This document shows, in pieces, positions 39,070 to 48,348 of a stretch of DNA of 64,000 nucleotides. The DNA comes from Nitrosomonas sp. (lineage in GTDB: Bacteria > Pseudomonadota > Gammaproteobacteria > Burkholderiales > Nitrosomonadaceae). A program made the position numbers and the translations under genes. Below the pieces are notes generated by a model, which worked only from the letters and a program-made list of their open reading frames with translations, did no database searches and was not told where the DNA came from. Every line of letters starts with the position of its first letter. Within the stretch, counting starts at the first letter, position 1. The stretch is taken from positions 29,806-93,805 of the forward strand of contig JAMWZW010000008.1 in NCBI GenBank assembly GCA_024281995.1, written 5' to 3'.

Positions 39070-40431
39070 ATGGCTGCCACTTCTTACGCCACATGGATGC
39101 TCGAGCAGGAAGCTCGTGCTTTGCTGACCCGGTTGAAACGCGTCAAGCCTTTCGCTTTGCATGAAACCATGCTGCCAGCGGCATCGTTATTACCGGCAGC
39201 GCAAACCGGCATCGAGCGTTACTTGATGGAAGGGCGGCGAGAATTGAGAGGTATGATTCAACGTTACATTGCCTGGTTACGCGGACCATCCGGGCGTAGA
39301 GCCACGCCCGCCCATGCGCAGCGGCTATTCTCACTGCTGCGATTGAGATTCAATGCGGTACTGACACAATTTGATCTATTTAACGATGCACTCACGCAGC
39401 GCAGCGAAAATGAAATCGGTGTCTGGCTTTCCGGACTTGAAGTGGTGTCGGCTGATGCACTCACTATTCCGGGGCATTACTACGAGGTACCGCCAGTTAT
39501 CTGCTACCTCGATCGTGGTGTCGGCGCAGCGATCCGCCGTGCCAGAACACGATTGCCAGGCGGCGGTGAAAATCCGGTAGCGGTGATTCGTGTTCCGCGG
39601 GAACGTATGGTGGGCAGCGGTATCGCTTCTTCTCTGATCCATGAAGTGGGGCATCAGTCGGCTGCTCTGCTTAACCTGGTGAATTCCTTGCGGCCTGTTT
39701 TGCAGGGTATGCAACGAGGCAGTGGAGCCTATAGCAGTACTTGGGCATTGTGGGAACGGTGGATTTCGGAAATCGTCGCCGATTTTTGGTCTGTTGCCCG
39801 CATTGGCATTGCTTCAACGCTCGGGTTGATGGGCGTCGTTAGCTTGCCGCGCGCTTTTGTATTCCGCTTGAACCGGGATGATCCGCATCCGTCGCCGTGG
39901 ATACGCGTCAAGTTGAGTTGTGCGATCGGGCAAGCGCTTTATCCGCATCCGCAGTGGCAACGCCTGGCTCAATTATGGGAATCCTATTATCCGCTGGATG
40001 GATTGGAGGCCGCGCAACAGCAGAATTATCAGGCATTGCAAGCGACTTTACCTGGTTTTGTAGCGCTGCTGATTAATCACAGACCTGAAAGCCTGCGCGG
40101 GCGCAGCCTGGCTGAAGCCTTGCAGGTGCAAAACCGCCAGCCGCGTCGTCTTCAGGCATTGTTCCTAGCGTGGCGGCAGGAACCAGTGAAAATGTATCGC
40201 GCATCACCAGTACTGGCTTTTGCTGTGATCGGTCAAGCACGTGCCGACGGCCGCATGAGTCCGGAGCAGGAAAGCGCCATACTGGGAAAATTGCTCACCC
40301 ACTGGGCGTTGCGCAGTACCTTGGCAGTGTCCGCGGCCTGCTCAATGCAATCAGAACGGCCGAAGCCTTGGCTCACAAACTACTACCAACAAAATCGTTT
40401 TATTAACTATTCACTCAGGAGAATGACATGA
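39070..40431 (+). CDS. HEXXH (gluzincin-like) metallopeptidase-fold protein
   Basis: LIHEVGHQ followed about 40 aa later by WISEIVADFW (E-x-x-A-D third-ligand pattern); no signal peptide. Confidence 0.7.
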   Translation: MAATSYATWMLEQEARALLTRLKRVKPFALHETMLPAASLLPAAQTGIERYLMEGRRELRGMIQRYIAWLRGPSGRRATPAHAQRLFSLLRLRFNAVLTQFDLFNDALTQRSENEIGVWLSGLEVVSADALTIPGHYYEVPPVICYLDRGVGAAIRRARTRLPGGGENPVAVIRVPRERMVGSGIASSLIHEVGHQSAALLNLVNSLRPVLQGMQRGSGAYSSTWALWERWISEIVADFWSVARIGIASTLGLMGVVSLPRAFVFRLNRDDPHPSPWIRVKLSCAIGQALYPHPQWQRLAQLWESYYPLDGLEAAQQQNYQALQATLPGFVALLINHRPESLRGRSLAEALQVQNRQPRRLQALFLAWRQEPVKMYRASPVLAFAVIGQARADGRMSPEQESAILGKLLTHWALRSTLAVSAACSMQSERPKPWLTNYYQQNRFINYSLRRMT

Positions 40432-42596
40432 GTACAACTAGTCGAAGCCGAAAAGATGAAAAAAAGAAACCGGGAATCCTTAGAGTTAATTTATTCGCTG
40501 AATTTTCAGCTACAACGAGAGACCGAGAATTAAAAGGTGCTATCACCAACGCAGCAGTTATCGTCAAAACAAACATGTTTTCGAATAATAAAATTGTTGC
40601 TCAAGATGTGACTGGACAAGATGGATGGGTAGATATTCCTCTCGAATCGGGGGGGTATCGTATAGAGTTTCCTTCACTTCCCGATCAATGGCAGCCGCAG
40701 TCAGGGCATTTAAGTGTCACGGTTGACGATGCTAAATTTAATGAAACAGGACATATTGTCGAAGCGCGTCAGAGTGGACTGGCTCTGGATATACTTACTA
40801 CGGCAGGCGACGATTTTATGCCCAAGCCCAGCTTGAATATCACGCAAGGTAAAGGAATCTGGATAGTAGTCACTGTACCGAACTATTTGCCATCTGTAAT
40901 TCCCGATACCTCGATAAACAGAGGCTTTTTACAAAAAATTCAAAAATCCGAGCACAGGGATAATGTGAGCTATAAGGCTCAAGTAACAGATGTATCGGGT
41001 AGCGGTCCATTTGGTTTTTTTAGCAGAGTATTGCTTAGCGATGATCGTGATGGCCCAGCCGTTATTATGAACGACGAAGCTGTTATTGAAGAAAGTAAGC
41101 AAATTGTTGGTGGCCAAGTCAATACTACTACCTCATTAACACGTACTGAGACCTCTTTCACTGAAGACACGGCATTCTGGACGGCGATCCGCAATAATAC
41201 GGATGCGCTTTCATTCAATAATTATCTTAGTTTTATGAATTGGATCTTTTGCAACCAGTTACCTAAGAATTTGAGCGGTTTTGAAGATAAACGCTTTGGC
41301 AAAAAAAGAGAGGCCTTTGAAAGCGATGAAATAGGTTTATTGAATAAACGCTTTTTGCCTTTTACTGATTCAGATGCCTATCGTGTGATGAAGGCTGCGA
41401 CTGAGGCATTTGTCATGGTGAACTGTGGGGTGTTGAGCGAGGAATTACAGCCGTTTGACTTGGAGTTAGATAAAGCCTATCTCGATAGGAGAGATTTGCC
41501 GTTTCCACAGAACGGATTGAGTAGTGCTTTTAACGATAATTATCTGGTGGGCGTCGATGGCAATGGTAACGTATTGCCCTATCTCGCGGTTATTCGTCGG
41601 AAGTTACCCGATATCAAGATTAAGCTAACTCCTTTCGAAGAGGCGGCTCGAAGAAGTAGATCCAATGCAGTCGATGCGGACGAATGTTTTGGGCTGCTGC
41701 AAGAGAAACTCGCCAATCCTTGCTTGCTCGAGCTCATCTGGTCGTACTGGCACGAAGAAGGCATGTTGGTGCAAACAACTAACGCCATTACACGGCGGTT
41801 CCAGAATGTGCGTTCATCTGCACGTGATCCACTGGTTAACCTGGAAATGGATCCGCTACGGCCGCTCAATAATGTGCTTTGGGGTTATATCCAGGACGAG
41901 CAACATCGCTTGACCGTCAACCGGCGTAATTACGAGTACGATCACCATTACGGTCTCCATTTGGAAGGCAAAGCGGTGCAAAATTTTCGTCCCGCCGATA
42001 CGCGTTCAAAGTTCCTGGAAGCGTTTCATCATTTATTGCGTTTATGTAGCGTATTTTATAAGCAAGACGATGATACAACAATCAAGGCTGATGCTTTTCC
42101 AGTACTCAACGCCCTCAAGGAAATACACTTGATTCTGTCCCAAGGGGCGCACAATCAATTTGGCGATTTACCATCAACGGCTCGCATCGAAATGTTGATG
42201 CAGCAATGGTTGCTGGCTCGGCCGGAGTTCCGGGAATTGTTGCCGACGCGCATTATGGTGGCTTATCCCGAACCTTGGATGGATCGCGTTGACGCGATGA
42301 AAAAATTGCAAGGCTGGACCGATACCAGCGTATTGCATTTCCGCAACTTGGGCATGTTCGGTGAGCAACTTTTGCTTTCCATCCGTTGGGGTCATTGGAG
42401 CGACGAATTCGAGCCTGTCAAAGCGCTCAATTGGGCGCGGTTTTTCCGTCCGCAGGCTCAGGGCTACATTCATGCCTACCGTGCTGCAACCGGTGTTGAT
42501 CTATCGGTTGATTTGACTGCCAATGTGCCCGTGGATTCGACCTTGCCATCGGTATTGTTGCAAAAGCGCCTGGCAAGTCAGCAACGGGCGATGTGA
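40428..42596 (+). CDS. hypothetical protein (722 aa): beta-rich N-terminus plus helical His/Glu-rich C-terminal core
   Basis: Start overlaps the upstream stop (ATGA); long ORF with no recognised named family. Confidence 0.8.
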   Translation: MSTTSRSRKDEKKKPGILRVNLFAEFSATTRDRELKGAITNAAVIVKTNMFSNNKIVAQDVTGQDGWVDIPLESGGYRIEFPSLPDQWQPQSGHLSVTVDDAKFNETGHIVEARQSGLALDILTTAGDDFMPKPSLNITQGKGIWIVVTVPNYLPSVIPDTSINRGFLQKIQKSEHRDNVSYKAQVTDVSGSGPFGFFSRVLLSDDRDGPAVIMNDEAVIEESKQIVGGQVNTTTSLTRTETSFTEDTAFWTAIRNNTDALSFNNYLSFMNWIFCNQLPKNLSGFEDKRFGKKREAFESDEIGLLNKRFLPFTDSDAYRVMKAATEAFVMVNCGVLSEELQPFDLELDKAYLDRRDLPFPQNGLSSAFNDNYLVGVDGNGNVLPYLAVIRRKLPDIKIKLTPFEEAARRSRSNAVDADECFGLLQEKLANPCLLELIWSYWHEEGMLVQTTNAITRRFQNVRSSARDPLVNLEMDPLRPLNNVLWGYIQDEQHRLTVNRRNYEYDHHYGLHLEGKAVQNFRPADTRSKFLEAFHHLLRLCSVFYKQDDDTTIKADAFPVLNALKEIHLILSQGAHNQFGDLPSTARIEMLMQQWLLARPEFRELLPTRIMVAYPEPWMDRVDAMKKLQGWTDTSVLHFRNLGMFGEQLLLSIRWGHWSDEFEPVKALNWARFFRPQAQGYIHAYRAATGVDLSVDLTANVPVDSTLPSVLLQKRLASQQRAM

Positions 42597-43723
42597 GCTG
42601 CATGGCTATGATCAATTTCACCTCGGCGCTATATCTGGGACTGCATCATCCGAGCCAGTTTTTGCAACCCTGGCAACAACTTACACTGGGGGTGCCGGCT
42701 GCGCTTGAAGAACCGCCCGGGGCTGAGGAGGCGGCGGGAGGATTGGCACAGTTACAAGGGTGCGAGCACGGTGTGTTGTTGCCTTCCACGTTGCATCTAT
42801 TCTGGGATTTATTTGCCATGCTGCGCCAACAACCGGCAGCGTTGTTTCTGGATGAAGGAGCTTATGCGATTGCTCGCTGGGGAGCAGAGCAATTTAGTGC
42901 CAAAGGGGGTGATGTTTACACTTTCCGGCACCACGATCCTGAAGCGCTGCTGGTGCAAATCAAGCGGCATGCGCATCAAAGAAAATATCCCGTGGCAATT
43001 GCCGACGGCTTTTGTCCGGCGTGCGGTCATGCCGCACCAGTCGGAGAATATCTGGAAATTGTGAGACGTTTTGGTGGTTTACTGGTGTTGGATGATACCC
43101 AAGCTTTGGGAATTCTGGGTGAGTCGCCAGCGTTGCACAGTCCTTATGGCAAAGGCGGGGGCGGTATGTTGCGCTGGAGTGGAAACTTTGGACCGGACAT
43201 CGTGGTGGGCTCATCACTGGCAAAAGGTTTCGGCGTGCCGGTGGCGGCTCTTGCGGGCAGCAAAAAACTGGTCAAACGCTTTAAAATGGCCAGTGATACC
43301 CGGGTACATGGCAGTCCGCCGTCGGCGGCTGTTATTCACGCAGCCGCTCATGCGCTGACGGTGAACGAGATCCGAGGCAGTTTGCTGCGGCACAGATTGG
43401 CTCAGCGGGTTGTTCAATTTCGCAAAGGACTGGAAGCCATCGGCTGGGATTCCATCGGCGGCTGGTTTCCCGTTCAAACCTTGCGGGGAATCGTTGGAAA
43501 CGCCGCGGTCAAAATGCACCAATACCTTTCCCGGAACGGTATTCAGACAGTATTGTCACGGCCCCGCGATAACGGCGAGGCACACCTGAGTTTTTTAATT
43601 ACAGCGCGGCATAGCGCTGATGAAATTGATCATTGCATCGACATACTGAGCACATTGACGCATAGCATCGACAAGGCTGCAAATCGCAGCGGCAAGTCAG
43701 CGTATTCGGGCTTCATAAAATGA
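42593..43723 (+). CDS. divergent PLP-dependent alpha-oxoamine synthase-like (BioF/KBL/SPT fold) protein
   Basis: INFTSALYLGL, ADGF, LDDTQALG and SSLAKGFG (Schiff-base Lys); GTGA overlap with the upstream stop. Confidence 0.8.
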   Translation: MSCMAMINFTSALYLGLHHPSQFLQPWQQLTLGVPAALEEPPGAEEAAGGLAQLQGCEHGVLLPSTLHLFWDLFAMLRQQPAALFLDEGAYAIARWGAEQFSAKGGDVYTFRHHDPEALLVQIKRHAHQRKYPVAIADGFCPACGHAAPVGEYLEIVRRFGGLLVLDDTQALGILGESPALHSPYGKGGGGMLRWSGNFGPDIVVGSSLAKGFGVPVAALAGSKKLVKRFKMASDTRVHGSPPSAAVIHAAAHALTVNEIRGSLLRHRLAQRVVQFRKGLEAIGWDSIGGWFPVQTLRGIVGNAAVKMHQYLSRNGIQTVLSRPRDNGEAHLSFLITARHSADEIDHCIDILSTLTHSIDKAANRSGKSAYSGFIK

Positions 43724-43746
43724 CAACTATAGGCGAGAGGTGAATC

Positions 43747-46128
43747 ATGAATCAAGAACTGAACTTTGAAACCATACCGTTAGAACTCGCTCCTGAAATT
43801 ACGGGAGAAATGTTCGAGGTGGAAGGCGAGCGAGGAATCCGCCGCTCATTTGCAGGATCTAGAAACCGCAGTTTCCGGCCTGGCGTTCGTCCCGGTTTGA
43901 GACCAAAAGGAACCAAACGGCCGCCATTCTCGCGAACAAGACCTTTCGTAAAGGGGTCGCGGCGGCCGTTTGGAAGTGCTGTCTATGAACCTTATCCGAT
44001 TGCGAGCGAGCCCTATTCCAGTGAACCGGAACCATCCGGCTCAGAACGCACCCGCTGGGTACAGGATTGCTTGAATCAAACGGCGGGAACGCAACTTCCG
44101 GTGACTGGAATCATGGGGCGGGAGACACGCAGCGCCGTGCGGAATTTTCAGCGGCAGCAAGGGTTAAGAGCAAGCGGCATTGTCGGGCCGGATACCGAAG
44201 ATGCGTTGAAGGCGGCATGCACCGGACAAAATGCCGGGGAAAATTCTGAGCTTGAATCGTATATCAAAGAACCTGGTTTTATCGCGTGGTTAACCTGGCA
44301 ACCCAGTAATGAAAATCCGAAGTTATTTACCTGGGATGAAATCCAGAAGCGCGCGCGTGATCGGATTCACGGTGATGTCGGTGTTTATGTTGTTGTTCTA
44401 TTTGAACGAAGAACCATTGGCGGAAAAACCAAAAAAATAATCACCAAAATCCTGAAGGTAGGAAAGGCGATTGATGATTCCTTCAGGCAAAGACTAGAAC
44501 GCGAAGATCACCAAAAAATACGAGCAAAGTATCCGGGAAAAGTTGGATACTATCTGGCCAAAATACAAGCAAGCGGCGCATGTCCCATTCGTGGTTGCGG
44601 TACTGCAATAGAGCATTTGGTAACACGCACCTTGATTCGGGCGCGAAAAATGCTGCCTGAGCATCAGCGGCCTATTGTTCCTATCAAGGCACTCGAGCAA
44701 ATTCAGGTGGCCAACATTCTGCCGAAGCCTTTGGCAAAAAATCTTGGAAAAGCCTATGCTGCAGCCGGCCCCATGGATGTCCGGAAACAAAGAATAGGGC
44801 CAGTGGCAGCTCCAGCCAGCGGCTCCGGTAATTTGATACTGCCGAAGGATGCAATATGGGAACTGGAGTACCCCTTCAGCGAAGCCGAAGAACTGGAGCT
44901 CGCCGCCGAATTATTGGCCATTTCCAACGAAGAAGAGCTGGATCTATTTCTTGGCAAAATGTTCAAGGGAATCGGTAGAGGATTGAAGAAATTTGGCCGT
45001 TTCGTCGGCAAGAAAGTGCTACCCGCATTGGGTAAAGGTTTGAAGGCTATCGGCAAGGTTGCATTGCCGATTGTTGGCAAAGCGCTCGGATCTTTTATTC
45101 CCATACCGGGCGTTGGCACGGCTATCGGAGGGGCTATCGGAACAGCTGTCAGCAACGCGTTGGAGCTTGAATTCAGCGGCTTGCCTGCTGAAGAGGCAGA
45201 GCTGGAAATGGCGCGGCGTTTTGTGCGCATTGCCGCGACAGCAGCCAGACAAGCGGCTTTGGCCAATCCGCATGCCAATCCCGAAGCTATCGCCAATGCT
45301 GCTTTGATAGCAGCGGCTAAAATGCAAGTGCCGAATCTTCCTGTAGCGATTCAAAGAAATTCGGAACTAAACGGTGCGATTAATAATGAATGGCAGACCA
45401 ATAGCATTCAACCCGAACGATCCGATCAGGAAGCGTTTCTGGGCGATGTATGGAACTCCATTAGCACCGGAGCTCGTAAGCTCTCCAGTGGCGTTGCCAA
45501 TATGCTGACAGATTGTGCGCCCATTGAAGATCGCACAAGTTTTACGCCTAGAGATAAGCGCAAAGGGAAGCCGCGCGATATGAGTAAAGTATATGCGCTG
45601 GTGTTGCATCAGACTGCCGGCAATCAAAGGAATACGCCACCCAATCGGTATGACAGTGTCACTGCGCATTTTGTAATCAAGCCAAATGGACAAATACTGC
45701 AATTGCATCCATTGGCAGCTTACCTTAATGCCTCAAATGGGTTTAATGCTGGCAGTGTAGCCGTTGAATTTGCAGGTAATTATCCTGATGTAAAAGGTAA
45801 ACGGTACGTTTATCCGAATGGCGCATCGCCTCAAGGCATTCTGACTGCCGAACAGATCAAGGCTGGGCGCTGTTTAGTGCGTTACCTTGTTAAAAATATG
45901 GGCCTTACCCATATTGTGGCTCATCGGCAATCCAGTGCAACCCGTGCAAACGATCCGGGTCCGGATATTTGGTATCACGTAGGTCAATGGGCAATCAATA
46001 ATCTAGGTTTACGGGATGGTGGGCCAAGTTTTAAGGTTGGTAGCGGCAATCCCATACCGGATATTTGGCGGACGTGGGGAGAAACCAGACCACAACAGCC
46101 TGAACTTGGCGAGGAAATCTTTGCTTAG
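43747..46128 (+). CDS. multidomain protein: PG-binding domain + GIY-YIG-like region + third copy of the charge-segregated domain + N-acetylmuramoyl-L-alanine amidase
   Basis: WVQDCLN...FQRQQGL..SGIVGPDT (PG_binding_1); ELAAELLAISNEEELDLFLG; LVLHQT, TAHFVI, SVAVEF, IVAHRQ, DPG (Amidase_2). Confidence 0.8.
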   Translation: MNQELNFETIPLELAPEITGEMFEVEGERGIRRSFAGSRNRSFRPGVRPGLRPKGTKRPPFSRTRPFVKGSRRPFGSAVYEPYPIASEPYSSEPEPSGSERTRWVQDCLNQTAGTQLPVTGIMGRETRSAVRNFQRQQGLRASGIVGPDTEDALKAACTGQNAGENSELESYIKEPGFIAWLTWQPSNENPKLFTWDEIQKRARDRIHGDVGVYVVVLFERRTIGGKTKKIITKILKVGKAIDDSFRQRLEREDHQKIRAKYPGKVGYYLAKIQASGACPIRGCGTAIEHLVTRTLIRARKMLPEHQRPIVPIKALEQIQVANILPKPLAKNLGKAYAAAGPMDVRKQRIGPVAAPASGSGNLILPKDAIWELEYPFSEAEELELAAELLAISNEEELDLFLGKMFKGIGRGLKKFGRFVGKKVLPALGKGLKAIGKVALPIVGKALGSFIPIPGVGTAIGGAIGTAVSNALELEFSGLPAEEAELEMARRFVRIAATAARQAALANPHANPEAIANAALIAAAKMQVPNLPVAIQRNSELNGAINNEWQTNSIQPERSDQEAFLGDVWNSISTGARKLSSGVANMLTDCAPIEDRTSFTPRDKRKGKPRDMSKVYALVLHQTAGNQRNTPPNRYDSVTAHFVIKPNGQILQLHPLAAYLNASNGFNAGSVAVEFAGNYPDVKGKRYVYPNGASPQGILTAEQIKAGRCLVRYLVKNMGLTHIVAHRQSSATRANDPGPDIWYHVGQWAINNLGLRDGGPSFKVGSGNPIPDIWRTWGETRPQQPELGEEIFA

Positions 46129-46219
46129 TATGCCTGTGAATTATTTTCAATGATTTTTGCCATCCGAGAAAAATTGTTTTTTGTTGAGAATTGCACAAAA
46201 ATCTTAAAGGAGAAACAAG

Positions 46220-46798
46220 ATGACTACCATCTCAACCCAATCAGCGGAGGGTTCACTTGTAATCACGTCAAATGATGGTGAGCTTCCTGCTGCATCCGCC
46301 GTACTGTTGTTGAAAGCCACAAACCCGGAATATAACCAGCCTGTATTACATATCAAACAGGCAGGTGAACGTGGAAGCGCGGCTTCGATCCGGATCGACG
46401 ACCCGAATCCTGATATCGAGTTTGTCGAGACTAGCCCGGATAATCCTAATCCCAATGATCATGGCGCCGGGAAGTACGAGATTGCCGTTCAGTCGGATCG
46501 GCTTCAAATTAATGGCCGCAAAGCTGATGGTAGCCGCTTCGAAACCATCGTCGTGTTTCAGCGGGCGGGAGTAAATTGCGATCCTCTGCGGCCAGAAAGC
46601 GGGGGAAATATCGGTTTTGGTTTTAAAGAAGCCAAAGAGTTTAAAGATTTTGGAGGCGGACAAGGCGTCATCGCGATTGTCAATGTTTGTGTCGCTCCGA
46701 CGAAAAATCTCGCCGGTGCCGGAATTTTATATGTCGAGGACGGGGCGCTCAAATATATGGGATCGAAGGGAACAATAACTATTATTGCGCCAGCATGA
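46220..46798 (+). CDS. hypothetical beta-rich protein with a phage tail-fibre-like C-terminal motif
   Basis: AGGAG RBS; C-terminus GGGQGVIAI...GILYVEDGALKYMGSKGTITIIAPA. Confidence 0.65.
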   Translation: MTTISTQSAEGSLVITSNDGELPAASAVLLLKATNPEYNQPVLHIKQAGERGSAASIRIDDPNPDIEFVETSPDNPNPNDHGAGKYEIAVQSDRLQINGRKADGSRFETIVVFQRAGVNCDPLRPESGGNIGFGFKEAKEFKDFGGGQGVIAIVNVCVAPTKNLAGAGILYVEDGALKYMGSKGTITIIAPA

Positions 46799-46816
46799 AC
46801 GAGAGGAGAGTAAGAA

Positions 46817-48343
46817 ATGTCGACAAATTACGTTTGGCCGCTCAGCAACAGTACGACATCCGATGAGATGAACACTTCATTCGGGCCGCGCATCAATACC
46901 AATCGCTGGGATTTCCACGATGGCATCGATCTGCCGGCCAGTATTGGAACCAAGGTTTATGCTATGCGCGGGGGAATAGTGCATTTCGCCGGGTTACCTG
47001 GAGACCCTGGGGCGGGCAGGTATGATTCCCGTCATGTCATCCTCGAGGTTGATGACCCCAATGACGGATGGATGTATCTTGCTTACCTGCATCTTGACAG
47101 TATTGATGGGGCCGTGATCTCCGGTGCGAATATTGTGCAGGGGCAGGAAATCGGCACAGTCGGTAAGCACGAAGCGACTTATCCACATTTGCACATCGAG
47201 TTTCTCCAGGGAACGCCCGATGCCGATGCGCAAACCAGTCGTCATCCATTGAAGTATCTCCCCTATTCCAACAAGGCGAACTTTACCGCACCGCTAGCCG
47301 ACCGTTTCAATCGCTTCGGGCCACACATGGCAGCGCGTCTGCTATTCGGCGCCAGCAATAGGTCGGAAGGTGATTTGCTGAGGATTGAAGTCGACCTTCT
47401 CAGGGGTACCGGCGTGCTTGCTACCCGCGTCGTTGATTTTCACGATGAAACGACGATCAATAAGAAAAGAGGTAACAGCGACAAGAAAATCTTCAAAAAC
47501 GACATGGGCGTGGAAGGTTACCAAAAATCCCGCATGAACGATCCGGAACGTACACGTGCCGACCTTCACTACGGTATCCTGGTGCGCAACTTACCGGATG
47601 AGTGCGATACCCTCGTGGCTCGTGTTTTCGATATCGGCGGCAGCATGGTCAGCAGTGCGCCAATTCCCGTTCCGGATCAGAATGCAACGAATGAGCTTGT
47701 CTGTTTCGAGGGCGGCGCGATGCCACCCACAGGCTGGGAGCTTGTGACGAGCACGACAGGCAGCGGAACAACGGTGACAAATGATGCCTCTGCTGCATAC
47801 TCCGGTACGCACGGCATGCTCTGCATCGATGACTCCACTACAGAGACGAGAACACAACGGGCAGGTATCGAGTTTACGCTACCACCCGGTCGCTTCGAAT
47901 GGATTGCCGAAGGCTGGTTTAATCCGAATGTGCTGGATTTGGCACCGGATCAATCAATCTTGCTGCTGCATCTCCTGCATGGCGAAAATCTGAGCGTAGC
48001 GGCACGCATTCGCAACGAAGACGGTCAACTGCTCGCAGGAATCGTGGCGAAGGATAGCGACGGCGACTTGAGAGGTTCGAATAGTTCGGTAGTTTCCGGT
48101 GCCATCATTCCCGGCTTCTGGCGCAAGTGGAGACTGCATCTGCTACGAATCGGCACGCGGGAAACGACTGCTGTGCTTTATCTGGACAAAGACGGCGAAT
48201 TGGCAGAGCATGACCGCCTTAACTGGGATTCGACGACCTTTGAACCTCAAGTTTTGCGCGCTGGAATAGGCCGGTCGGAGGCGGGAGGGAAAGCTACTGT
48301 ACTGGTCGATGAACTGCGGATAAGCGAATATCCCATTCCGTAG
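46817..48343 (+). CDS. M23 family metallopeptidase with C-terminal beta-sandwich domain(s)
   Basis: FHDGIDL (HxxxD), YLHL, YPHLHIE (HxH); no signal peptide. Confidence 0.85.
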   Translation: MSTNYVWPLSNSTTSDEMNTSFGPRINTNRWDFHDGIDLPASIGTKVYAMRGGIVHFAGLPGDPGAGRYDSRHVILEVDDPNDGWMYLAYLHLDSIDGAVISGANIVQGQEIGTVGKHEATYPHLHIEFLQGTPDADAQTSRHPLKYLPYSNKANFTAPLADRFNRFGPHMAARLLFGASNRSEGDLLRIEVDLLRGTGVLATRVVDFHDETTINKKRGNSDKKIFKNDMGVEGYQKSRMNDPERTRADLHYGILVRNLPDECDTLVARVFDIGGSMVSSAPIPVPDQNATNELVCFEGGAMPPTGWELVTSTTGSGTTVTNDASAAYSGTHGMLCIDDSTTETRTQRAGIEFTLPPGRFEWIAEGWFNPNVLDLAPDQSILLLHLLHGENLSVAARIRNEDGQLLAGIVAKDSDGDLRGSNSSVVSGAIIPGFWRKWRLHLLRIGTRETTAVLYLDKDGELAEHDRLNWDSTTFEPQVLRAGIGRSEAGGKATVLVDELRISEYPIP

Positions 48344-48348
48344 CCGTC

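Noticed and set aside
42593-43723. The PLP enzyme as the missing serine palmitoyltransferase of the neighbouring sphingolipid cluster
   Set aside because: It shares the fold, but lacks the SPT motifs (GSxNYLGL, HAS, DEAH), lies on the opposite strand, and is translationally coupled inside the sigma-54 operon. Proximity alone is not enough.
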